This document shows, piece after piece, positions 1 through 8,688 of a DNA stretch of 64,000 bases. The first letter of the stretch is position 1, and every line of letters starts with the position of its first letter. The position numbers and the translations under genes were made by a program. Source of the DNA: an uncultured Verrucomicrobiae bacterium (GTDB lineage: Bacteria > Verrucomicrobiota > Verrucomicrobiia > Chthoniobacterales > Chthoniobacteraceae); contig CAWHEP010000002.1 in NCBI GenBank assembly GCA_963828525.1, positions 256,001 through 320,000 on the forward strand, read 5' to 3'. Below the pieces are notes generated by a model. That model did not search any database, had not been told where the DNA came from, and saw nothing but the letters and a program-made list of their open reading frames with translations.

Positions 1-186
1 TTCCTGCACCCTATGGCGCCGCCTGAGGGCTGGACGCCGCTACGCTAACGGCGTCTTAAAGCTAACCATTTCCAACGACGCGCCAGAGCAGAACAGACGA
101 AAGATGATTCTGTTCTCCGTGTGTCGACCCACGCGGCATGTCAAAACCATCACAAAATCAAACCTATTAACCCGGAGAGATTAGTT

Positions 187-1138
187 ATGAAAAAGATGCA
201 ATCTGGCATTTCGTAACTGGGATGTCACAAGGATACTCTTACTGGCCGTCTGCATTCCGTTGCTTGCCGGCGCCTCCCATATCCTGGCGACTGAAGATCA
301 GCAGGACTCTACGAGTTTTGCGCGTCGCATGCAGAAATGGGAGAACGAGATGACCGAAAAGTTCAGGGATACATTCAAGACGCTCCGGGCGAATAACAAG
401 GAAGACTCGATAGGCACAGCTTCTGTGGACCTTCGGGAACAACGTGACAGCTATATAGTCCGGCTCAACCTGCCTGGCCGCGATCTCGCGAACGTGGAAA
501 TCTCACTGGAAGGGCATGCAGTTCATATTGTCGCGCCCGCCGAAGCAAAAGTCAGCCGCTATGAACAAAGCATTATCCTCACGGGCGCGGCGTCAGACGC
601 CAAACTCGCGATTGACCGAAACCAAAAGGATAGCCTGATTGTGGTCACGGTGCCGAAAGTATCATCAGCCATCGGCGTCGACGGCTCATCGGCTGCATCC
701 CCGTTGCCGCTGACTGATTGGGACCACGAAATCTTCGATCAGATGGAGAAAATGCAGAAGGACATGGATAGCGTTTTCGACAACTCGTTTCGGCAGTTTC
801 AGAACGAGCCCGGCTTCCATGGCCTGTTTGACGAGCCCCGTTTTGGTTCAACTATCGATCTGAAAGACGAAGGGAACGACTATGTCGTCAAAGCTTATTT
901 GCCGAAACGCGATATGCAGAATGTTTCTGTGACGCTCACCAATCAAACCCTGAAGATCGAAGCAAAGGCGCAGCAAACGAAGAGTGATCCACGAGGACAG
1001 CAAGGCTCAACCGTCGCAGAAGAGGCGCAATACTCTCAAGTTATTACCATACCCGGTCGCGTTCAGGCAGACAAAATGAAGGTCGACAAGAAAGAGGGCA
1101 TGCTCGTTGTGACGTTGCCAAAAGCTCGGTTGAAGTAA
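187..1138 (+). CDS. Tandem Hsp20/alpha-crystallin domain protein with N-terminal signal peptide or anchor (probable +1 A error near 190)
   Basis: Two alpha-crystallin-like units (SVDLREQRDSYIVRLNLPG...LIVVTVPK; TIDLKDEGNDYVVKAYLP...GMLVVTLPK). GGAGA RBS precedes ATG 187. Removing one A from the A run gives MKRCNLAFRNWDVTRILLLAVCIPLLAGASHILA in frame with ORF 260..1138. Confidence 0.8.
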
Positions 1139-1346
1139 TCCCGATTATATCTCGGCCTTCCGGAGCGTTGACTCTTCGACTCCTTAACCGAGCAAAAGGA
1201 GCCAGCAAACCGGCGGTTTTTCCCCCTGGAACATGCGCCTGCTAATTCGAGTTTTGGTAACGTTTTGGAGGGCACAATTTGTATTGAACGGCCGTTAAGG
1301 TCGGTTGTCTCAAAAAAAAGAAAGGAGATATTCAATCCAATACATC

Positions 1347-2312
1347 ATGAAAAGGAATACTACTTCAAATCATATCCGCCTCGTGATGGCCGCGTTGGCT
1401 ATGACGGGATCAGTTAGTTTGCGGCCTGCATTTGCGACGGATACAACGACTCCAACGCCTTCGCCCGCGGCGGCTCTCAAGGTCCCCGCAAAGGCGGCGG
1501 AACCGCAAGGCAAGGAAAGCAGCGCAGTGGCGCCGCAGGTCCAATCGCAAGTCGAAAAGTCAACCGCGGGCAAACACGCGCAGCTGCTCAAAGATGCCCA
1601 GGCTGCGTTGGATGAGACCAATAAGGCGCTTCAAGCGTTGAATGACGGAAAAAAGGATGATGCGCTCACCGCCTTGGCAGAGATCACGGGCAAGCTCGAC
1701 CTTATCGTGGCCCGCGACCCCAAGCTTGCGCTTGCGCCGGTGGGAGAACAGACAATCGTTCGCGACCTCTATGCGGGTCCAGACACCGCCAGGAACGCGG
1801 TGACCCAGGTTAAAGATTACCTCAGCGCCGGCAAGGTGCAGCAGGCGCGCATCCTGCTGAATGGACTTGCCAGCGAGGCGGATGTGCAAGTCACAAGCAT
1901 CCCGCTTGGGACCTATCCAGAGGCGATCAAAGCGGTCGTCCCGCTTATCGACGATGGTAAAATCGCTGAGGCCAAAGCGGCGCTATCCGCCGCTCTGAGC
2001 ACCTTGGTAATCGAAACCTATCCCGTTCCGCTTCCCAACATTCGCGCGACGGCGATCCTTGTAGATGCCGAAAAGCTGGCAGAGAAGACCGCCCGGAGCG
2101 CGGATGAGAACAAGAAGTTGCGCGACGAGGTCGAAGCAGCGCGTCAGGAACTTCAACTCGGCGAAGTGCTCGGCTACGGCACGAAGGACGACTTCAAGCC
2201 GCTATATACGCAGCTGGATGGCATTGAGAAGAAGACCGAGGGCGGGAAATCCGGCGCCGGCTTTTTCGACAAAATTAAGGAGCTGCTGAAAAACTTCAAA
2301 TTGCAGCTTTAA
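1347..2312 (+). CDS. YfdX family exported helical protein
   Basis: Signal peptide, then Ala-rich helices with IPLGTYPEAIK...AKAALSAALSTLVI...PLP motifs typical of YfdX. AAGGAG lies upstream. Confidence 0.75.
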   Translation: MKRNTTSNHIRLVMAALAMTGSVSLRPAFATDTTTPTPSPAAALKVPAKAAEPQGKESSAVAPQVQSQVEKSTAGKHAQLLKDAQAALDETNKALQALNDGKKDDALTALAEITGKLDLIVARDPKLALAPVGEQTIVRDLYAGPDTARNAVTQVKDYLSAGKVQQARILLNGLASEADVQVTSIPLGTYPEAIKAVVPLIDDGKIAEAKAALSAALSTLVIETYPVPLPNIRATAILVDAEKLAEKTARSADENKKLRDEVEAARQELQLGEVLGYGTKDDFKPLYTQLDGIEKKTEGGKSGAGFFDKIKELLKNFKLQL

Positions 2313-2742
2313 GATGAGCGGTTTTTGGAGCGGTTGGTGTTACCCGCTGGCGACATTCCCGGAGCCAGCGGGTAAATTTTTGCCAAGATCGGCGGCGCAA
2401 AGACGAATAGCCTCCATCGCAACTCGATTCTCGATTGAAGTAGGCGGAGCGCTTCCCCTGCCCGGCCCTTACACCGGCCACATTCTACTAGGGATCTGCC
2501 CAAATCACCCTGCATAGACACCGGCCAATCTACCGGCCATAATAGCGGACACTGCCAATGCCTCCACCGCGCGAACTTTACGACCAACCGGTGCGCTGGA
2601 GCCTCCTTTTCTAACCGATCTCGCGAAGCGGTTGCGTCACAGTCTTGTCGTCTGTGACGCGCTCCATACGGGGCTTTGCAAATCGCGCTGTTAAAGGCGC
2701 GCTGGAACCCGCGGAAACTTCCTGCTAAAACAACCTCCAGCC

Positions 2743-3734
2743 ATGAAACGCGCTCTCGCATTCCTCGCGACACTCTCCCTCGCGATAATCCTCAACGCCG
2801 AAGAAGCGATCCCGCTCACGGAAAAGAGCTCCGTTGCGCTGCCCGGCGTGGAAGGTCGCTTCGACCACGCGGCGGCTGATCCGGCGACGCATCGCGTGTT
2901 CTTCGCCGCGTTGGGAAATGACACGCTCGAAGTCGTGGATGTCAGCGCCGGCAAGCGACTGCATACGATCACTGGATTAAGTAAACCGACCGGCGTTCTG
3001 TATTTGGCAGGCTCCAATTTACTGGTCATAGCGAACGGTGGGGACGGGACGTGCCGCTTCTATGACGGCAACAGCTACGCGGAGATAGGCCGCGTGAAAG
3101 ACTTGGATGACGCTGACAACCTGCGCTTCGACGCGAAAGCGAAGCGCGTGTATGTCGGCTACGGCGAGGGCGCGCTCGGCGTGATTGACCCGGCGACGAT
3201 GAAGCTCACCGCGAGAATTGCGCTGGCGAAACACCCAGAGTCCTTTCAACTGGAGGAAGACAGCCCGCGAATTTTTGTGAACATCCCCGGCGCGAACCAA
3301 ATTGCCGTGGTGGATCGGACAGCGGGTAGAGTCGTGGCGATCTGGCTCATGCAAGGCGCGCGCGCGAACTTCCCCATGGCCCTTGACGAAAGACACCATC
3401 GCCTGTTCGTCGGCTGCCGCCAACCCGCCCGCCTGCTTGCTTTCGACACACAAAGCGGAAAGCGCGTCGCCGAGACGCCTATGAGCGGCGACGTGGACGA
3501 CCTCTTTTACGACGCCTCGACCAGGCAGGTCATCGCCTCGTGCGGAGAAGGTTTCATCGACGTGTTCCGCTTCGATCCGCCCTCCACCCTCGCGCGCGCG
3601 CATCAACTCAACACCGCCGCGGGGCGCGCACCTCGCTCTTGAGCGGGCAGTCCATGTGTTTTTCCCTCGCGGTGCCGCATCGCGGCGCGCAAGACGCCGA
3701 GCTTCGCGTTTTTGCCCTGTCAGCCGCTCGATAA
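2743..3734 (+). CDS. YncE/YVTN-type beta-propeller exported protein (frameshift near 3620)
   Basis: Signal peptide and GRFDH, DDADN, HPESFQLE, NFPMALD repeats. The C-terminus GARTSL...AVPHRGAQDAELRVF continues in the next frame to 3734. Confidence 0.75.
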
Positions 3735-3742
3735 ATCCGGCG

Positions 3743-5071
3743 ATGGCTCACATTCCATCCACTCCCGCGCGGCCCACCTTCGCCGAGGCATTCCGGTTTT
3801 GGGTCAAACTCGGATTCATCAGCTTCGGCGGGCCGGCCGGCCAGATCGCCATCATGCAGGCGGAGCTGGTGGAAAAGAGAAAATGGATCAGCCAGTCGCG
3901 ATTCTTGCACGCGCTGAATTTCTGCATGCTTCTGCCGGGACCAGAAGCGCAGCAGCTTGCCATTTATATCGGCTGGCTCCTGCACAAAACCTGGGGCGGG
4001 ATTGTCGCCGGCGCATTCTTTGTCATTCCTTCGATCTTTATTTTGTGGGGACTCAGCTTTGTCTATGCGGCTTACGGAAATATCCCGTGGATTGCCGCTG
4101 TTTTTTACGGGCTCAAGCCGACAGTGATGGCGATTGTCGCGTTCGCCGTGATTCGTATCGGTAAAAAGGCGCTGAAGAACTGGGTGATGTGGAGCCTCGC
4201 CGCGCTCGCCTTCGTTAGTATCTTTTTCTTCAAACTGCCGTTTCCACTCATTGTCGTGAGCGCGGGAGCAATCGGATTTATTGGCGGGCAGCTTTGGAGA
4301 GACAAATTTTTCGTCGTCGCTGGACACGGGTCAAAAGGAGGCGCTGGCGAGCAAAGCGTATTGGGCGACGAACACGACTCGCCGGAGCATGCAAAGCCAT
4401 CGCTGCCGAGGGCGATGAAGGTTTGTTTCACATGGCTGCTGCTATGGGCTTTCCCGATCCTGCTGACGGGTTGGTGTCTGGGCATGGACCACACTGTTTT
4501 CCAGCAAGGCGTGTTCTTCGCCAAAGCAGCCGTAGTGACTTTCGGCGGAGCGTACGCGGTGCTGCCCTATGTCGCGCAACAAGCCGTCGAGAAATATCAT
4601 TGGCTCAGCGCCGGCCAGATGATGGATGGCTTGGGATTGGCCGAGACTACACCAGGCCCCCTCATCATGGTTTTGCAATTTGTAGGTTTCATGGGTGGCT
4701 GGAATAAACCCGGAGGCTTGTCGCCCTTTGGCGCCGCCACGCTCTGCGCGCTCGTCACCACGTGGACGACATTCACACCTTGCTTCCTCTGGATTTTTCT
4801 GGGCGGTCCCTACATCGAGCAGTTGCGCGGCAATGCCAAGCTATCAACCGCGCTCTCGGCTGTAACTGCAGCAATCGTCGGCGTTGTCTTAAACCTCGCG
4901 GTATGGTTCGGACTTCATGTTCTTTTTCCCGATGGAAAGATAATCGACTGGTTCGCGCTGACAATAAGCGCGGGCGCGTTCATCGGCATGACAAAATGGA
5001 AATGGGATGTCATTCCCGTAGTGGTCGGAGGCGGCATCTTCGGACTGTTTTACAAACTGATACTCCATTAA
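3743..5071 (+). CDS. chrA: Chromate efflux transporter (CHR family, bidomain)
   Basis: GFISFGGPAGQIA, LLPGPEAQQ, VTFGGAYAVL and ETTPGP motifs. Confidence 0.95.
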   Translation: MAHIPSTPARPTFAEAFRFWVKLGFISFGGPAGQIAIMQAELVEKRKWISQSRFLHALNFCMLLPGPEAQQLAIYIGWLLHKTWGGIVAGAFFVIPSIFILWGLSFVYAAYGNIPWIAAVFYGLKPTVMAIVAFAVIRIGKKALKNWVMWSLAALAFVSIFFFKLPFPLIVVSAGAIGFIGGQLWRDKFFVVAGHGSKGGAGEQSVLGDEHDSPEHAKPSLPRAMKVCFTWLLLWAFPILLTGWCLGMDHTVFQQGVFFAKAAVVTFGGAYAVLPYVAQQAVEKYHWLSAGQMMDGLGLAETTPGPLIMVLQFVGFMGGWNKPGGLSPFGAATLCALVTTWTTFTPCFLWIFLGGPYIEQLRGNAKLSTALSAVTAAIVGVVLNLAVWFGLHVLFPDGKIIDWFALTISAGAFIGMTKWKWDVIPVVVGGGIFGLFYKLILH

Positions 5072-5080
5072 CGCCCCGCC

Positions 5081-5138
5081 CTCGTCACCAAGTTGCACTT
5101 GGTGACGCAATTGTCTTCGAAGTTGTACTTCGCTCCCC
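5081..5138 (+). repeat. REP-like double hairpin, copy 1
   Basis: CGTCACCAAGT-TGC-ACTTGGTGACG followed by CGAAGT-TGT-ACTTCG. Recurs five more times in the window. Confidence 0.9.
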
Positions 5139-5299
5139 TCCCGCCATCGCCCCACATGGTTGGCAGACAACGGATTTCGCGCGGTGAAGCTCACGGACGG
5201 ATTCCATCAATCATTCGTGAACGAAGAAGGACAAGCCAGACTCGACCTGGCGTAAAGCGAAACCTGGAAGCCCTCTACTCCGAAACCATCCTTCGCAAT

Positions 5300-5338
5300 T
5301 TGACACATCGACTTTTCTCGTTACGATAAAATCCGATG
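5300..5338 (+). promoter_or_regulatory. sigma70-type promoter with overlapping ArsR-type inverted repeat
   Basis: TTGACA at 5300 and TACGAT at 5322. Imperfect inverted repeat CATCGACTTTTCTCGT / ACGATAAAATCCGATG ends on the arsR ATG. Confidence 0.65.
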
Positions 5339-5725
5339 CATGACCTTATTACGTTCGCGCAGGCTCTTTCGGATGAGACGCGATTCCGGATCGTCCGCCT
5401 TGTCGCGGATCAGGCCCTTTGCGTATGTGAACTGGCGGACATCCTTCAGATGCCGCAATCTTCGGTTTCAAGTCATATCCAGGTCATTCGCAAGGCGGAG
5501 CTGCTCGCGAGCGAACGGTGCGAAAAGTGGGTTTACTACAAGCTGGATGGCAAATACCGGAGTCTCGTCGCCACTCTCGGAAAATTCTTTTCGGTGGAGA
5601 GTCACGCGACCCTGAAATCGGACGCTCTCCGGGCGCGGCTGCGGTTGGCCAAAAGGGCACAGAGCTGCTGTCCGGGTCCAAAAACTCTGGGCGTGCGAAA
5701 CTTGGCGCGCGCCGAAAAACAATAA
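5336..5725 (+). CDS. arsR: ArsR/SmtB family repressor
   Basis: ALSDETRFRI, LCVCEL box, QSSVSSH HTH, C-terminal CC pair. Confidence 0.92.
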   Translation: MHDLITFAQALSDETRFRIVRLVADQALCVCELADILQMPQSSVSSHIQVIRKAELLASERCEKWVYYKLDGKYRSLVATLGKFFSVESHATLKSDALRARLRLAKRAQSCCPGPKTLGVRNLARAEKQ

Positions 5726-5744
5726 CACCCAACCAACCCCAAAA

Positions 5745-6215
5745 ATGAACCTCAACGAATTCAAAGCATTGCTGGAGACCCATGCCGAAAAGCCCTTCCG
5801 CCTGCGTCTGCCGGATGGCGCGCCGGTTCCAGTCTCGTTTCACATCACGGAAGTAGGCCGCTTGCGCAAAACGTTTCTCGATTGCGGAGGGGAGCGTCAC
5901 GACTCCGAGATTTGCCAACTCCAGGTGTGGGTCGGCGAAGACGCCGACCATCGGATCCAGGCAGGCAAGATGGCGGCCATATTGCGGAAGGCGGAGGATT
6001 TCATCCCCGACGATAGCGTGCCTCTTGAGATCGAATATGAGGAGGATGTAATCTCCCAATACACGGTTGAAGGGCATTCGCTCGATGAGGGAGCCATCAT
6101 CCTGAACCTCGAGCACAAGCACACAGCGTGTCTTGCGATGGAACTTTGCGGCGCCGCCCCCGCGAAAGATGCCGCGTCGGATGATTCCTGCTGCGCGGGG
6201 TCAAAGTGTTGCTAG
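5745..6215 (+). CDS. DUF6428-like ars-operon protein
   Basis: FHITEVG...FLDCGG...LQVWV and HTACLA motifs, Cys-rich tail, ars context. Confidence 0.75.
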   Translation: MNLNEFKALLETHAEKPFRLRLPDGAPVPVSFHITEVGRLRKTFLDCGGERHDSEICQLQVWVGEDADHRIQAGKMAAILRKAEDFIPDDSVPLEIEYEEDVISQYTVEGHSLDEGAIILNLEHKHTACLAMELCGAAPAKDAASDDSCCAGSKCC

Positions 6216-6901
6216 CCCGCCAAAAGTTTCTCGCGGAATTTCTGGGCGCCTTCTGCCTTCTTTTTGCGGGCACCGGCGCGATCGTGATTGACCACGCGAG
6301 TGGAGGGACGATTGGGCACGTGGGGATCGCCCTCACCTTTGGGCTCATCATCCTTGCGATGATCTATACCTACGGCGACGTGAGCGGCGCGCATTTTAAC
6401 CCGGCCGTGACACTCGGCTTCGCGGTCGCCAGGCGATTAGCCTGGCGCGAGGTGCCGGGCTATCTGGTCGCTCAAGTGTTGGGAGCTTTGGTGGCGAGTG
6501 GCCTCCTGCGGATCTTATTTCCCGCTGACGCCACCCTCGGTGCAACCCTGCCGGCGGGCTCGGTCATGCAGAGTTTTATACTTGAGCTCGTTTTGACGGC
6601 TATTCTCATGCTCACCATCCTTAGCGTCTCCACCGGAGCGAAAGAGAAAGGCGTAACAGCCGGAATAGCCATCGGCGCCGTAATCGGTCTGGAGGCGATG
6701 TTTGCCGGACCGATTTGCGGGGCCTCGATGAATCCCGCTCGCTCGCTCGCTCCGGCGCTGGTGAGCGGTCATTTGGAGCATCTTTGGCTCTACCTGCTCG
6801 CTCCAGTGATCGGAGCCCTCCTGGCCGTGCCGCTATGCATGGGGGTTCGCGAGTCCGGCTGCTGCGGGGGCAACTGCAAACCAGTCGTAACCAATCCATA
6901 A
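6206..6901 (+). CDS. MIP/aquaporin family channel (arsenite channel, AqpS-like)
   Basis: SGAHFNPAVT and GASMNPARS NPA motifs, C-terminal GCCGGNC, located inside the ars operon. Confidence 0.92.
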   Translation: MLLARQKFLAEFLGAFCLLFAGTGAIVIDHASGGTIGHVGIALTFGLIILAMIYTYGDVSGAHFNPAVTLGFAVARRLAWREVPGYLVAQVLGALVASGLLRILFPADATLGATLPAGSVMQSFILELVLTAILMLTILSVSTGAKEKGVTAGIAIGAVIGLEAMFAGPICGASMNPARSLAPALVSGHLEHLWLYLLAPVIGALLAVPLCMGVRESGCCGGNCKPVVTNP

Positions 6902-6910
6902 CGATGATTT

Positions 6911-7366
6911 ATGACACGACCAACCATTCTCATTCTCTGCACGGGTAACAGTTGCCGCTCCCACCTGGCCGAAGGCATTCTAAGGCAGGCCCTCGGAAAA
7001 GACTTTCACGTCGCCAGCGCTGGCTCAAAGCCCGCCGGCCATGTTCACCCGTTCGCTATTCGCGCGATGGCTGAAATCGGCATTGATATTTCCGGACATC
7101 ATTCCAAGCATCTGGATGAGTTCCTGGGACAGAATGTCGATACCGTTATAACGGTGTGCGGTAATACCGATCAAGTTTGCCCAATGTTTCCGGGCCAGGT
7201 CAACCGGCATCATTTCCCTTTCGAGGATCCAGCCCTCGCAGCCGGGACGGACGATGAAAAGATGGCGCTTTTCCGGCGCGTGCGCGATGAGATCAACCGC
7301 GTGTTCAGCGCATACGCCGCCGGTCGCCTGGACGCCGTCAAAAGCACCGAAGCCAGCGAAGGCTAA
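6911..7366 (+). CDS. arsC: Arsenate reductase, LMW-PTP fold
   Basis: CTGNSCRS P-loop, TVC...CP and FEDP motifs. Confidence 0.92.
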   Translation: MTRPTILILCTGNSCRSHLAEGILRQALGKDFHVASAGSKPAGHVHPFAIRAMAEIGIDISGHHSKHLDEFLGQNVDTVITVCGNTDQVCPMFPGQVNRHHFPFEDPALAAGTDDEKMALFRRVRDEINRVFSAYAAGRLDAVKSTEASEG

Positions 7367-7385
7367 ATCGCGCTTCGCTCCCCTC

Positions 7386-7463
7386 CCGCCATCTCCCCCG
7401 GGTCGGGAAGCCTCGCCGGGGCCGTCCGTCCGTCTGTGGGCGTCACCCAGACAAACCGCCCCT
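7386..7463 (+). repeat. Second repeat family (degenerate GTAG-type REP-like palindrome plus CAGACAAACCGCC tail)
   Basis: Aligns with 38644-38722, with a partial copy at 32248-32280. Core GGAAGCCTCGCCnnGGCGTCC. Confidence 0.7.
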
Positions 7464-7482
7464 TCGCTCGCGCTCCCCCCTC

Positions 7483-7540
7483 CTCGTGACCAAGTTGCAC
7501 TTGGTCACGCAATTGTCTTCGAAGTTGCACTTCGCTCCCC
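7483..7540 (+). repeat. REP-like double hairpin, copy 2
   Basis: CGTGACCAAGTTGCACTTGGTCACG...CGAAGTTGCACTTCG. Confidence 0.9.
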
Positions 7541-7628
7541 GCTGTCATCTCCCCAAGCAATTCCCAACACAATTCTTTCGACAGCTCCGTGCGATCCGTT
7601 TTAAATCGCATTTCAGAAAGTCAAAACA

Positions 7629-8600
7629 ATGTCCCACTACATAACCGTTCCAATCGACGCCAACGGCGTGATCGACCCCGATGAACAACTCGATCACATC
7701 CTCGCTACCGCGATGTCTCTCAGTTTCGGAAGCCAGGACATTTTCATTTATTCCCATGGCTGGTGGACGAGCGCGGATGCCGCATTGAAGGAATACAATG
7801 TCGCCACGACGGATTTCATTTTTGCTATCCGCAATAATCCAGCCGCCTTCAGACTTCCGCCTCTGACACCATTCTTGATCGGCATCCATTGGCCTTCGAT
7901 GCTCAGCGATGACCCCACGTCGCTTTTGGATAAAGCCGAGGTCCTGTCATTTTATACGATGGAGAAGCGCGCCGACGACATCGGCGAAGAGGGCCTTTAC
8001 GCGATCCTCCGCCTTTTGTTCGCGGCAGTCCCCTCAGGCAAGAATGTCCGGGTCAACCTCTTCGGTCATAGTTTTGGCTGCAAGGTGGTGTGCGCGGCGC
8101 TCCAAAAGCTTGCCGCGAACGTTGTCGCGGTACCTGCCAACGTATCGTTCAATGTGATTCTGCTTGAGGCAGCGTTCGCAACAAACGCGTTGGATGCTGG
8201 GGGTTGCTACGATAAACTGATACCAACATACGGCCCAAGCATGCGGCTGCTCATCAGCTATTCCAAAAAGGATGCTGCGCTCGGAACAGCCTTTCCCCTC
8301 GCCCATGAGATCAACTTTTTCGCCCAACCATCGGCAAAAACAGCTCTGGGCTTCACAGGCCCTTCCGCGGCGACCGTCGCGGCTTTCCCTTCGAGCACAT
8401 CGCTATCCGTAGCTTGGGGAAGCAAATTCGTCGGCACCACAATCGCCCCACTACCACTTACCCCAACGCTGGTGGTCGCGGATTTAACGCCAATTCATTC
8501 CGATCCCAAAAACACCTTCGATGGGGGGTTATCCGGCCACCACTCGGATATATTCAGACCTGAGATTTACGATTTGATGAGCTGGTTTTTGTTCGCCTGA
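7629..8600 (+). CDS. Alpha/beta hydrolase fold protein
   Basis: YSHGW oxyanion motif, GHSFG nucleophile elbow, C-terminal GHHSDI. Confidence 0.75.
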   Translation: MSHYITVPIDANGVIDPDEQLDHILATAMSLSFGSQDIFIYSHGWWTSADAALKEYNVATTDFIFAIRNNPAAFRLPPLTPFLIGIHWPSMLSDDPTSLLDKAEVLSFYTMEKRADDIGEEGLYAILRLLFAAVPSGKNVRVNLFGHSFGCKVVCAALQKLAANVVAVPANVSFNVILLEAAFATNALDAGGCYDKLIPTYGPSMRLLISYSKKDAALGTAFPLAHEINFFAQPSAKTALGFTGPSAATVAAFPSSTSLSVAWGSKFVGTTIAPLPLTPTLVVADLTPIHSDPKNTFDGGLSGHHSDIFRPEIYDLMSWFLFA

Positions 8601-8688
8601 TGAACGCGCCAGCAAACGTCGATATCAGTCACTGCGTCTCGTTGATTCTTCGACTCTCGCGGTGGCGCGATTCTCACCGCGGCTGCTT

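Noticed and set aside
2460..2545. Short ACCGGCCA direct repeats
   Set aside because: Three short, irregularly spaced copies in GC-rich DNA; compatible with chance.
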